Origin: Callorhinchus milii | Lineage: Eukaryota | Assembly: GCF_018977255.1 (NCBI RefSeq) | Contig: NW_024704742.1 | Coordinates: 69,132,001-69,196,000, forward strand | Reading direction: 5' to 3' | DNA length: 64,000 nucleotides | In this document: piece by piece, positions 12,386 to 24,821 of the stretch | How positions within the stretch are numbered: position 1 is the first letter of the stretch | Layout: every line of letters begins with the position of its first letter | Position numbers and translations under genes: made by a program | The notes under the pieces: model-generated | The model's database searches: none | What the model was told of the DNA's origin: nothing | The model's input: the letters and a program-made list of their open reading frames with translations, nothing else

Positions 12386-14049
12386 TTTGAATTGCAAGTT
12401 TGCTTGAAAAAGGCAATTTTGCCCTCGGAGGCAACCCAGGCTTGTAGACACTTGCTGGAGTCGGGTCTGCTGTGTTACGCAGTGAGAAGACCCCGTGGGA
12501 TGCGATAACAGAAAAGCAGCATGAACTGCGCTCTTTGTGCACCTGTTTACCCACTGCTGCCCTGGGGCCTTTTGTGAAACAGTAAGTGCTGTACTTTGAG
12601 GGGATATTGCTGTTTGAATGCAGTGTCACTTTGAAGAGGTAAGAATGCCTTCAGTGCAGCATGAGTCATACTACGAGATTAGCCGGTGAGGTAATGCTCT
12701 TCGGAGGGAGGAGGTGATGTCATTTCCTTGAGCACAGCACCTTCAGCATCACCACCTGCAGTGAATAGGGGACAGGTTATGGATTACTCAGAAACAATTT
12801 AATAGACAATATCGGTTTGGACACGGATCCCGTTTGCCTTTTAATCTGGAAATTCAAACAAAGCGTCAGCTTGTGTTTTGCAACCACCATATTAGAAACC
12901 ACTTTGTTCATCTCACAGCATTCAGTGTAACATAGATGGTATTAATGTGGGACTGCTGCACGTGCTCACTGCCCACTGTGAAGTAATTTGCTGCAGTCTG
13001 GCCAATTGGCATGCTACTGCAGTGCAGATGCCATCTGGTAAATGAAGGGAAGAAGGATTGGGGTTTGAGTTATCGTTTTCCTCTTAAGATGCATCGCGGG
13101 TGCTGAGAGGCTGTTTTCATTGTGGTTTGCACTGATTATGAGTACAGCGTGCGACTGGCACAAGTCCGCTGCATGTCCTTCGTCCCTTCCACTTCACAAT
13201 TAATGGCTGTGTTTTCAGCCACTAAGCCCCGAATCTCTTGAACTCCTTGCCTGTATCCCTCAGTCGTGCCTCCTCATTGTCTATCTTCAAATCACATCTG
13301 AAGACTTTCCTCTGTGATTGTGCCTTCCGTCAGTTCTTTTCTGTGTGTATTTGAATCAGTGGAGGTGAAGTTTGGAGAGGGAGTGTGTCAAGATGCAAAT
13401 TGAGTAGTCGGTGCCTCCACATTTTACTTGTGGGAGTTGTGCATTTACTCCATTTGTTAAAACCTGCCCGAGGTCTTGGATTTTTAAAAAAAACATATTA
13501 GGACATCTTCTATTTCAATCTCCAAGGTCTTAAAAATCTTCCATTAAATGACTAATGCGTAGTGGGAATGGTTAAACTTGTAGAGACGCCTGTGGCAGCC
13601 CAAAGGCCAAAATGTGTTTTGATACAGCTATGACTCAACAGTCTTGTAGACTTGATCTCGCTTACTTTGACTCATTTTTGTGATGTCCCCAGAATTGGAT
13701 AAACCATGTGCAAGTCGGATTTCATTTATTTCAGTCAACTTTTTAAAAAAAATAAATTGGAAAAGTTGGTATGTTTTTCTTCTTTAAGCCACAAGTTTTC
13801 TGCGCGATTCCTGACCCAAAGAAGGGCCAACCAACTGTTCACAGACCTTTTCAACCCCAGCTCGGGTCTGAAATGCTGTACTCTGTCCGGCGCCTTGGGA
13901 CGTCCTCCCGACGTGAAAGGCGCTATACAAATGTAATCTTGTTGTTGTATATAAATGCAAGTTGCTACTATTGTCTGCAGATTGCCTCCCACCTGTTGTA
14001 AAACCTGTAAGAATTTGCTTGGAATAAAAGATAAATTATTATCCCTTTT

Positions 14050-14350
14050 TGCTCCAATGCAGTGCTGGGGTTGTGCTGCATTTTTGGAGGTGCCATCTAT
14101 CGGATGTGGCATTTAACCAAGTCTGCCTGTTCAGGAGACATTAAAGTTCCTATGATACTACTCGAAAAGAGAAGGGAGTTTCTCCTGGTGTCCTGGCCAA
14201 CAATCTCCCAAATAAAATTGTTCGCACACTTCATGGCTGTGTGCACATTGGCTGCTATGTTCACCCAAAAAGTACAGTCACTGTGCAGTATATCCTGTGA
14301 AGTGCTTTGGGATGTCTTCTTGACAATGAAGGGCATTATACTAAATGTAC
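14050..14350 (+). mobile_element. Deu-domain-type SINE, 3' portion
   Basis: ggaggtgccatc...gggagtttctcctggtgtcctggccaaca...tgtgaagtgctttgggatgtc. Confidence 0.7.
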
Positions 14351-15252
14351 GTACAGTAAATCTCCGCCTTACATGTGGGCCTGTGTGTAGATCCCACAGC
14401 AGTAGATAATTAAGAAGTTTTTTTAAAAAGATTCTATAATATTTGTCGTCTCTCAAATGTGACTTCTGATTCCACTGAATAGAGACCATAAAGCAGAATA
14501 TGAAAAGAGGGTGAGCTGCACAGTGTATTAGGAGTATGTAGAGGAAAACGCCAGTGCAGGCTAAATGGCCTGTGTTACTATTTAACACTTATTATTGCTC
14601 TAATAATATGACATTTGTAGATTGTGTGTGGGTATGGGTGGGCGGCTAAATATATTTTGTGACGAAATGATTCAGGAAGCTAAGTGTATGTTTCTGAACA
14701 TTTTCTCAACTTTTAACCAATTTTATTTTGATAGGTTAATAAAGTGTTTTATTGTCCATGTATACAATTGATTACAGGAGTGAGAGGTCTGTAAGTCCTA
14801 TTTTCTTATCAGTTGGCTTTTTATTAGTTTACTGAGTAACTTATCACAATGCGTGGCGAGTGCTGTAATCACTAAGCTACATTGGTGCCATCAAAATTCT
14901 GAGTTCATGGGGCAGGCTCCAGTTTTACTTTCAAAGGACACGTCTCTAGATACGACAGGCATTTATCGCTCAAGGCTACAGTAGTGTCCTCCTGACATAA
15001 AACGCGCAAAATAAGTGCAGTTTGTTAGTTCACAGTTTGTGTATGTTGGCAAGAGCTCATACGGATACTGTGCTGCTGGAGACTTTACAGAGACCATATC
15101 TGCATCTGAAAGATCACGTGATGCTTTCAATGTAGCCTGGTTTCTAGATGGCACTGAGTAGTTAGAGAACAAGCCCACTTCTACACAATGTCCTGAAAGT
15201 GAGCGGGAAAATCACTGAATATTCTGTTGTATAATTTACAGACCAAACATTA

Positions 15253-15590
15253 TAATAATTCTTCCATTTGATATAACGACTTAGCACGTCTTTGAGACAC
15301 CTCAAAGCGCTTCACAGAATATACTGCAAAGTGGATCGATTCTGTATTTTGTGGGCAAAACACCACAGCCAATTGCTCACAGCAGTGCCCGATAAGCAAT
15401 CACGGATTGAGTGACCAAATTAATGTTTTTACTTACTTTGAAGGGATTATTATCCCCGGAAAAGCAATCCGCCAATCGACTAACAACCGGGTTTCTACTT
15501 ACTACTAGGTAAATAGAGGCATGTGAAGTAAGGACACTTGCTTAACATTTCGCCATCGGCAATTGCTTGCCAGGCTGTAACAACTGAGCT
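15253..15590 (-). mobile_element. tRNA-derived SINE (long subfamily), diverged
   Basis: Tail, Deu-like block and internal segment are recognisable in reverse complement. Confidence 0.8.
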
Positions 15591-16055
15591 ACGTTGGTGC
15601 TAGCGAAGGTCATGGTGCAGGCTCCAGTTTTACTTTCAAAGAACATGTCGCTAGATAGGACTACATAGACTTCCAAAGAGAGTAAATTGATGCCTGTTAT
15701 ACCGTACCTTTTAGTTCAAGCCACGTGTGTTGCTAAATTCTACATACTAGATTGAAGTTTAATAACAAACTAGTAATTCTTTCAATCTTGCTCACATTAC
15801 TACGTTTTATCCACCAAATACAGTCAATTCAGTTTATAATATATTCCGTGAAGTGCTTTGAAATGTCTTAAAGACACGATAAGACGCTACATCAAATGCA
15901 AGGATTATTATTATTGTTATTGCATTTATGCTATTGCACCTCTTTATAGCGGAATTTCAGTTATAATGTGGTTGCACTGTGGACCCTATTCATTGCTCGT
16001 GCTCTCAGTTTGCCCACTTGTCTTCTGCACCATAATGGCTGACTTCCGTCATAAT

Positions 16056-16364
16056 GTGGAGTCCTGTGGCTCAGTGGTTAGAGCACTCGCTTTGCAAACG
16101 AGAGTTCAATTCCAGGCAGAGGGCGAAACCTTGGGCAAGTTTCCTTACTCCACACAGAGCCTAATAATAATCCCTCCAAAAGCAAAACAATAATAAATTG
16201 GTCATTTTCAGTCCACGACTGTTTGTGGGACATTGCTGTACGCAATTGGCTGTCGCGTTTGCCCACAAATATACAGTCAATTCACTTTACAGTATATTCT
16301 GTGAAGCGCTTTGGGACGTCCTCCCGACGTGAAAAGCGCTATATCAAATGCAAGGATTATTATT
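16056..16364 (+). mobile_element. Young tRNA-derived SINE (short subfamily)
   Basis: gtggagtcctgtggctcagtggttagagc...caaggattattatt. Confidence 0.93.
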
Positions 16365-16985
16365 CCGGGTCATCGAGCCGCTGACACCAGCACTTTCCTG
16401 CTTTGTACATCAAGTGATGTTGGTAGTGACTTGAGGACCCAGAAGTCAACATTTTTTTACTCTTAGCTCAGGAACTGAGCAGCTGTGTGCATACACAGTG
16501 AACCATCTGATGTGCTTAGTCAAATATATCATTAAGCTTTGCTATAACATTGATTTTATGGATCCAATTGCTCACACCCCACTCTATCTGCTCCCTTCGC
16601 TCAGCTAGCTTTAGCCTCCTGCGCCTCCCTTGACGCCCCTCGCCAATCCACAATTGGCGGCTGTGCTTTCAGTCACTACTCCCCAAACCTCCATTTTGGC
16701 CCCTCTTTGCCAATGTTCAGATCACACCTGAAGACTTTCCTCTCTGACCGTGGCCACAGTCTTTCTCCCTTTCCCCTTTCTTCCCGGATCGGTGTCAAAC
16801 TACAGCATGTTAAGCGCACAGAGACGCTACCCGTGTGAAGGGCGCTATATAAAAGCAGGTTGTTGTATAACGGGGCTAATTACAGCTCATGGTGACGTTC
16901 ATCTCTTCCGTTTGCATGATTTTCTTTCACATGTTACATGTGCATATTCAGCTGCTCCTTGTGTGACTGCTTCTTCTGTTTGCAG

Positions 16986-17180
16986 GTATTTGGGAACAAA
17001 GTAATAATTCCGTCTCTGGACGGTGATCTCTTTCAATGGGACCGAGACCAGGAGAGCATGGAGGCTGTGCCCTTCACTGTGGAGTCTCTGCTGGAATCTT
17101 CCTATAGAATTGGTGATGATGTGGTCTTGGTCGGTGGGAAGTCGCGGACGAGCTATGGGTTAAATGCATACACCGGAAAG
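16986..17180 (+). CDS. EIF2AK3: EIF2AK3 exon 3
   Basis: AG/GT bounded, 195 bp. Encodes [40 protein letters not shown]...AYTGK. Confidence 0.97.
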
Positions 17181-17734
17181 GTTGGCAAGTTTCTCTCTCC
17201 CTCCTGCCTGATCTCCAGGTGACTATCGATTCCAGTCACTCGATAGGCTGAACAATTGATGACCTAATTACACGATGAGCCTGCGGCATGAAATTCTTCA
17301 CAGTCTTAGCCTTGAGAGCATATCTTAATTTAAAATTCATGTGGGATTTGGGAAATCTTCATTTGGAAGCGAGTTTTCCCTGCACTTTTTAATGAAAAAA
17401 AATAAACACAGGCTTCCACATTAAAGCTGAATTCGAGGACATTCCAGAATTTTGCAGTTTTTTTTAAAAATAAGAGCTTTTCAGGCTAAGACTGAAAAAT
17501 GTTAATCCTCTGAATTCTCAATCTTGTATTGATTGATGGGTCCTTCCTGAAGCTGGTGAGCAATACAATAGAATTTACATTTATATAATGTCTTTCACAT
17601 CTGGAAGATGTCTCAAAGAGCCTTTCAAACCTCTATGAAAATTAGCAAACATTTTGATTGAGTTGTTGACTGTGTAGGACAGAATCTCCTCTTTAACTCC
17701 GGGAGGACCACTTTGATCATTTGACACTGGTGGC

Positions 17735-18070
17735 GGGGCATCCCAGCTGGGGATGGGAGCTAAAAGGGGTGGGGAGGCGAAAGATGACCGAAACTGTGGT
17801 CAAAGATGTTTTAAGATGGGCCTTGATCAATGGAGGCAGTCAAAGGGACTGGAATATTCCAGGAGCAGAATGGCTGAAAGCCTGCTCAGTAAGGGCGGGG
17901 GACATGAAGCAGGCCAGTGTTCGTTGGGTGAAGGATGGCTGGGAAGGGAGGAAGTTGCAGAGGTAGGTTGGGGTGAGACAGTGGAGGGATTTGAACATGA
18001 GAATGAGGATCTTGAAGTCAATGCTCTGGGGATAGCCTCAGGAAAGGATACTGGGTGCAGAGTTCCAAAC
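17735..18070 (-). mobile_element. Degraded L2 LINE 3' fragment
   Basis: Similar to the minus-strand L2 at 54900-55400. Confidence 0.6.
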
Positions 18071-18736
18071 AGTACACAGCCCACGTAGGGAAGAGCCGGG
18101 GAATGCGCTGAGCAGAATTTGGTGTCATGAAGTTTGGATGAGAGTCTCAGCAGCTTGAGAGGAGTGGTTGTGACGGACAATGTTACATTGAAACAGGAGT
18201 TTGCAATTCGGACCATCAACCCTGTCCACCAATGTAACAGGATCATGGCTAATCCTCAACTCAATTGCATCTCTCTGTCCTCTCTCCATATTCTTTGTTG
18301 TTGTTGATACCCCTGTCTATCGAGCATAATATCTATTTGTCTTTTACATTCTTCATGTAACTCTGCTTCCGCTGTCTTCTGGGGGAGTGAATTCCACACT
18401 CACACCACCCACTGTGTGGAAAAAAAGCTTCCTTATTTCACTTTTGAACAGGTTTAGCCTCAAGTTTAAAACTGTGGCCTCTGGTCTTCAATTCTCTTGC
18501 CAGAGGAACTAGACAGACAGTTTAACACCTCATGAGCTGAGGTGCTGTGCTCTTTATGTTGAAATGTGTGCTGGATAATGATCTTTGGCCATTTCTGCCA
18601 GTGCTTCTTACAGGAGTTGAACCTTCAGCTACTTCATCCCTCTGAAAATCCCTCCCTATACCCACCTGTTTCTCCCCTCCCCTCCCCCCCCCCCCCTATC
18701 CCTGGTCTTAAAATTGCACCATAAAATCTATCTGGA

Positions 18737-19060
18737 GTGGAGTCCTGTAGCTCAGTGGTTAGAGCACTCGCTTTGGAAGTGAGAGACCTGAGTTCAATTC
18801 CAGGCAGAGGGCGAAACCTTGGGCAAGTTTCCTTACTCCACACAGAGCCTAATAATAATCCCTCCAAAACCAAAAACAATAATAAATTGGTCATTTTCAA
18901 TCTACGACTGTTTGTGGGACATTGCTGTGCGCAATTAACTGCCGCGTTCGCCCACAAATATACAGTCAATTCACTTTACAGTGTGTTCTGTGAAGCGCTT
19001 TGGGACGTCCTCCCGACGTGAAAAGCACTATATCAAATGCAAGGATTATTATTATTATTA
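18737..19060 (+). mobile_element. Young tRNA-derived SINE (short subfamily)
   Basis: Near-identical to the copies at 355-672 and 50486. TATCT flanks both ends. Confidence 0.95.
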
Positions 19061-19309
19061 TCTCTTCCAACTCCACCTGTGGTCACCTCCTACTTTCCTT
19101 ACCCCTCTATCCCTGCTTTCCCCCTTGCTCAACATTAAACCCATCCATTGCAGAGCAATTTGCCGTGTTTTCCGACATGAAGCAAGGTATATAAATTGGA
19201 TGTTATTGTGTTTTATAAATGCGTGTGTGAATTCAGTTCACACGCAGCATCTGACTCGCATTGCTCCCTGTAGCTTGCATTAACGACATCCACCCTTGTG
19301 TCCTGGCAG

Positions 19310-19446
19310 CTACAGTATGTTTGCTCTGCTGCGGGGTGTCGCCGTTGGGGTAAAGAGGAGGCAGCTGAACACAGCTCAGACCTGCTGCTCTTGCAGCGCA
19401 CACAGAAAACCGTCCGAGCCGTGGGACCACGATCTGGGGCTGAGAA
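19310..19446 (+). CDS. EIF2AK3: EIF2AK3 exon 4
   Basis: AG/GT bounded, 137 bp. Encodes [45 protein letters not shown](K). Confidence 0.95.
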
Positions 19447-19600
19447 GTAAGGCATTTTGGGTTATGGTTTCTGGGTTTTTTTCAAATTAAAGAGCGAAGT
19501 TGACTGTTGTAGGAGCTGGGAACTGCAGTTATTGGATGTGGACTGCTCGGTTTGATCAGGTTTTCTACCAAGTCTGTGCATAGTGCACTACTTCAAAGTT

Positions 19601-19951
19601 TAGGGTGTTCACAAAGTCCTGTTACCCCCATGTTTATTTTCTACAGGGCACTGACCAATGTCTGAAACGTGGAAGAATGATGATAATTGTATTTAGAAGC
19701 AATTCATTGTATTCAGTATAAGTGTTTAACTGTATTTAGACGTCCAGAGGATCAGTGTGTCTAAGCCCCATCATTTTCATGGCAGATAATAATCCGTCGC
19801 CATGTTCAGTGCGACATCTTCTGTAACGTGATGGAGTGAGAAGGCAGTTACTAGTGTCAGACATTGTTACACTCGACTTCATCTGCAGCAGGAAATAAAA
19901 ATTAATTGTAAGAAAAACACAGGAGGGTAACAGGACTTTGTGAACACCCTG
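19601..19951. mobile_element. Non-autonomous Tc1/mariner-type DNA transposon (MITE)
   Basis: Terminal inverted repeats (T/C)AGGGTGTTCACAAAGTCCTGTTACCC ... GGGTAACAGGACTTTGTGAACACCCTG, with TA at the right end. A half copy lies at ~45610-45770. Confidence 0.85.
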
Positions 19952-20361
19952 TATGTACAGTGAGGTATGCACGGTACGGGCCTCACATACTGAATGTAAT
20001 TGATGCAATTGTCGGAGGACAGAAGGAGGCCATTCATCCCATCATTGCCATTGTGTTTGGTCCCATTCCCCCCAGCCTCCCCCCCCCACACAGCTTGGTG
20101 GTAAATTCCGTAGCTTGTATTTTTTTGCTGTACAAAAGTCCCTGTGTTGTAAAATAATAATAATATTATTCCTTGCGTTTGATATAGTGCCTTACCACAT
20201 TGTTGAGACATCTCAAAGCGCTTCACAGAATATACCATAAAGTGAAATGACTGTGTATGTTGTGGGTGAAATGCAGAATAATGCCACACGGAATAAATTG
20301 TTCTTTTTTTTAAAAAAGCCAAGTAAAAAAAATAACTGAAATAACTTTGCATTTCCTTCAG

Positions 20362-20595
20362 GTGGAATTTTAGTGTGGGGCACTACGAGCTCAAGTTTGT
20401 CCGTGATGTCATGTCCAATGTTAACTACATAGAGAGCGATTCTAAGCCCGGCAGCAAGAAGGAAGAAGTGAAGATTATGCCTGAAGAGGCCCAGGATGCG
20501 TGATTAACGGCATGGTTATAAAAGTCTCTGTCACTGACTGGAAAGTGATGGCTTTTAACAATCAAGATGGAGGGCAACTGGAGTGGGAGCATCAG
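20362..20595 (+). CDS. EIF2AK3: EIF2AK3 exon 5 (apparent 1-bp deletion, in-frame TGA at 20501-20503)
   Basis: AG/GT bounded, 234 bp. WNFSVGHYELKFV...EEAQDA* lies in one frame and VINGMVIKVSVTDWKVMAF...LEWEHQ in the -1 frame. Confidence 0.93.
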
Positions 20596-21397
20596 GTAAA
20601 AATAATAATAATAATCCTTGCATTTGATATAGCGCTTTATGTCTTTGAGATGTCTCAAAGTACTTTACAGAATATACCATAAAATGAATGAATTGACTGT
20701 ATATTAAAAATATGTTAATACACAAATTTATATGTATGTATGTACATGTATATAATTTTTACATAAATAGATTTCTTTGGATTAAAAAAAATATTATTTG
20801 TGTAAAAATAACACACAAACCTGCAATCCCTTTTTCTTTTATAATATTGGTATTTTGCTCAGAGACAGATCTATATCCTTCAAATAAGGGTATTCAGGGA
20901 GAGGGCTGCATGTTCCAAAAGTGACAAAATGGGATTAAAAGATGATTTCAGAAAAATCCCTGATCTTCTCCCCCTCCCCTCCCACCCACCTTTAGAAAAC
21001 ATGTGGCTGAACTTAATGACCTAATGGCTTCCTGTTTCTATCTTGTAAAATGCTGATTGCTACTTTGAGTTCTGTAGAGTATTTGATTGAGCACTCGCTT
21101 CACAAGCGAAAGGACCCGGGTTTGAATCCCGGGCAGGGCAAGTTTCTTTATTCCACAAAATATAGTCAATTCATTTTACAGCATATTCTGTGAAGCTCTT
21201 TAAGACATTTTAGCAACGTGATAAGGTGCTAAATCAAATGTAAGCATTATTATTTATTGGGTTGTAGATGAACACGTCTAGGTTTTTAATGCTGTCAGAA
21301 TTTTTTGACAAATGTCTGGAATTACTGTTTTGTTTCTCTTTGTTTCCTTGGATTCCTCTTTCTCTACACCCCCCACCACCCAAATAAACCTGCCTAG

Positions 21398-21560
21398 TTC
21401 TATACTCCAGTTGCATCAGCTTGGTTAGTTGAGGATGGAGAAGTGAGTCCGATCAGGTTATTTGATGCCAGTTACAGCACAGACAGCCAAGGTGGACAAG
21501 ATGATGAGGAGGACCTTGTGGAGGCAGCACGGAGCGCCGCGGAGTCCAGTGTGTACCTCG
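21398..21560 (+). CDS. EIF2AK3: EIF2AK3 exon 6
   Basis: AG/GT bounded, 163 bp. Encodes [23 protein letters not shown]...[18 protein letters not shown]. Confidence 0.95.
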
Positions 21561-22361
21561 GTAAGAGAAACCCACATTCAAACTGTTAACGGTGAGGCTG
21601 AGAATTGGCTTCATCTTGTAAACAGTTTGGTGCATAGAGGGAAATCCAGGATGTACAACTTGTACTCCACTCTTCTGCCCCCACCTTCACTCAGCTAACA
21701 CAGGCATGCTGCATGTACCCCAACTGCTCTGCATTACCTCAAAGGCTCTGAATTGTGTTGTACTTCTACGCTTTTAATGCTATTAGAATTTTTTGGCAAG
21801 TGGGGGACATTACTGTTTCTTTCTCTGTGTTCCCGATCATTTCCCTTTCTTTCTCTACCACCCCACCCCCCCATAAACCTGTTCAATCCCTCTGTTTGAC
21901 CCCTGTCTATCTGTCTTGAAATCCCACCTGAAAATTTACCTCTTCAACCCCTTTTCCCTTGCTCGGTGTCCAACCCTGACACTGCGGAGACGGTATCCTG
22001 CGAGAAGCAAGTTGCTGTTGATGTAGATTCAGGGCCTGGGATCTGTGTTTTTGTTCTCTGGGATATAGGAAAACGGTTTAGATAATGTATAAAATACAAT
22101 ATAGTGAAATAGAACAAGGTGACCTTGCTTGACGAAAGCCAATTGTAACCCTTTTTTGAGCCTCAATTTTTTTATAATATCCATTGCTAGTAGTTCAAAC
22201 ATTCTTTAAAAGAGCCAGCACAGAGTCAGCTAAATAGTCCTTAAATTTCTATGGTTCTAGGTTCTCCTCGGTTGATGAATTTTTGAGATTTGAGAGTAAG
22301 TTCTGGTTGCTTTTGATAGTCGAATTAATTGACTTGAAATTCCTCTTCTGTAATATTCCAG

Positions 22362-22484
22362 GAATGTATAAAGGACAACTCTATGTGCAGTCATCGACCC
22401 CCTTAAAGTTACCAACATTTGACAAAACGAGGGCAGAGCACGTCATTATCCACTTGCCTAAACTGAAATGGAATCCTCTCATCC
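22362..22484 (+). CDS. EIF2AK3: EIF2AK3 exon 7
   Basis: AG/GT bounded, 123 bp. Encodes GMYKGQLYVQSS...IIHLPKLKWNPLI. Confidence 0.95.
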
Positions 22485-22759
22485 GTAAGTTAAATAGATT
22501 GAAATGTTTGCCAACATTTCTTTTTAAAACGTACCTTTTATTTGTCAGTAAATAAACTGTGTGAGGGGTGCTATATCAATGCAAGTTGTTGTTATTAATT
22601 ATTAGTATCAATGCGGTGGAAGGATATGTAACTGAAAGCAAGTACCACAACCTCCACTAGGTGACAGTGTTGGACCACACTGCTCAAAGTGCCATGAAAA
22701 CAGTGCTGAATTGTCTTAAAACTCACAAGGAAAACGTTATAATATTTGTTTCTTTCAAG

Positions 22760-22882
22760 ATTCTCCATCCAGGACTCCAGCACTGGTTAGTTCTGATGAG
22801 CACGATAAATGCCTGATCAACGATAGACTCTCTCATGAGGAGTATAGCAGTAGGGGCTTGTCAATTCTGCAGTATCCATATG
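22760..22882 (+). CDS. EIF2AK3: EIF2AK3 exon 8
   Basis: AG/GT bounded, 123 bp. Encodes [41 protein letters not shown]. Confidence 0.95.
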
Positions 22883-23027
22883 GTAAGCACATCGCACTAT
22901 ATCCCCATCACCTCTTCCTGCCGAGCTATGTCCTGTAGCCAGTGCTTCATGATCTAGGGAAGATAACCTGCCAAAATATCTGTTCTAAAACAGTTTAACG
23001 TTAGACGGGTTGTGAGAATGTAGAATC

Positions 23028-23380
23028 TGGAGTTCTGTGTCTTAGTGGTTAGTGTGCTCACCTCACAAGTGAGAAGATCCAGGTTCAATTTCAGGCAGGG
23101 TGAATCTTAGGCAAGTTTCCTTACTTCACACCCCACTGTTTAGCTACAGTAACTAGGGACCCATTGTTAGTCGATTGGTAGGTTACTTTCTGGGGGTAAT
23201 AATCCCTCAAAAAAACAAATTGGTCCACGACTGTTTGTAGGACATTGCTATGCACAATTGGCTGCTGCGTTTCACCCACAAAATACACAGTCAATCCACT
23301 TTACAATATATTCTGTGAAGCACTTTGAGATATCTTAGTGACATGATAAAGGACTATATCAAATGCAAGGATTATTATTA
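23028..23380 (+). mobile_element. tRNA-derived SINE (long subfamily)
   Basis: Head, internal segment and tail are all recognisable. Confidence 0.85.
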
Positions 23381-23628
23381 GTTGCCACAAACAGTAGTTG
23401 AAGCAGAGTCTATAGACTCTTTAGAAAAGAACATTAGTGGATTTTTATTGTTATGATATTGAAGATATTGTCGCAGTAGTGTCCTCTGCTAAGTTTTGGG
23501 TTAGGTTAGAGAATTTTCTCTCTGAATTGGCCAACAATCCTCTAGGTTAAATTGGTCATTCGCTTCCTGGCTGTTTGTGGGGCATTGCTGTAGGCCTGAC
23601 TAATGCCTGTGTGTGTGCCTGTTTTCAG

Positions 23629-23852
23629 ACAATGGCTTTTATTTGCCTTACTATGGGAAGGAGAAACAACAGTGTGACATTCGCAGAGTCTTGCGCCGTT
23701 CGGATTCAAAGAACACCACCAAAAAGGACCCCACTCTTTTGCTGCACTGGTGGAGAGAAATTGTCTGCACCATTATTTTTTGTGTTGTCGCAACGACCTT
23801 TATAGTTCGCAAACTTGTTCACGCCTCAACTTCAGGAAGGGAATGTGTCCGG
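23629..23852 (+). CDS. EIF2AK3: EIF2AK3 exon 9 (transmembrane helix)
   Basis: AG/GT bounded, 224 bp. Encodes DNGFYLPYY...[31 protein letters not shown]. Confidence 0.96.
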
Positions 23853-24241
23853 GTACGTTTTTAATCTTATTTTTAAGCCATTTAAAAATGTTTGTTTAAT
23901 TCACCGTTTAGGACACTCCATGATAAACCCACACACCTTTTAATTCAGAGGTGGAATTCCAGTGTTTGAACCGGTTTCAGATTAGGGCTTCATTTGCACA
24001 ATGTGGAGTAATTTTCTTTGCATCATAAATGGACCCTTGTGTTGCTAAACCCGAGTGTAATGTGATCTGACTATTGCCGAACATCGAGGCGATGTTGGTA
24101 AATCCACTTTAAAAATCTTTTGATATCTTACCACTTTTATAAAGCCCTGCACTGCAGTTACATTTATTGTGCCAAAGATTGCTTGCAGATTAGGGTTGAA
24201 ACTATTTGCACTGTCTTAAGTATGTTATCTTCCCTCTGCAG

Positions 24242-24354
24242 CAAAGGAAAGAGTCAGAGACGCAGTGTCAGACTGACTCCAAGAGTGATACAGCTACTGA
24301 AGAGCTAAAGGAAATTCAGGGAATCGACTCCAAGTCAACTGGTTATGTGTCCAG
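24242..24354 (+). CDS. EIF2AK3: EIF2AK3 exon 10
   Basis: AG/GT bounded, 113 bp. Encodes QRKESETQCQTDSK...TGYVS(R). Confidence 0.95.
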
Positions 24355-24821
24355 GTAAAGAGGAAGCAAACTGAGTTCTGTTAGTGATGCCATATTGCAT
24401 GTTATGCAGGAAATTCTTCCTGCAGGTGGAATGTGGCTCGATTGACTGGAGCTGGTGCTGTTTTCAACAACAACAAACTACATTTATATAGCGTGATTTA
24501 CATCAGAAGGATACCCCAAGGTGCTTCTCAAGTTGCTCATTATTGATCCTGTTTGAATCAATTTGTGGAAAGTGCCTCTAGGTTTCCAGGCTGGTTTCCA
24601 CAAGCTAGTCCACAATGTAGAGCTGCTTTTAGTTCTGAGGGGTGGTGAGGGTGAACCTTCAGGAGCAGTCACTATCTTGACAGCAATTACTTATGCGGAA
24701 CTTTGAAATGTGTTGATGTAATTGGCGCTATATCAAACGTAAGGAATTTTACTTGATAAGATGCATTCATTATGTCTAACAGAGTCTAGGTTTCTATGCT
24801 GCCTGTGTTTCTAGGTAAAGA

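Noticed and set aside
20498..20504. GCG-TGA as an antizyme-like programmed +1 frameshift, or as Sec/readthrough TGA
   Set aside because: The conserved downstream sequence needs a -1 (or +2) shift, not +1 or readthrough, and there is no X XXY YYZ slippery site.
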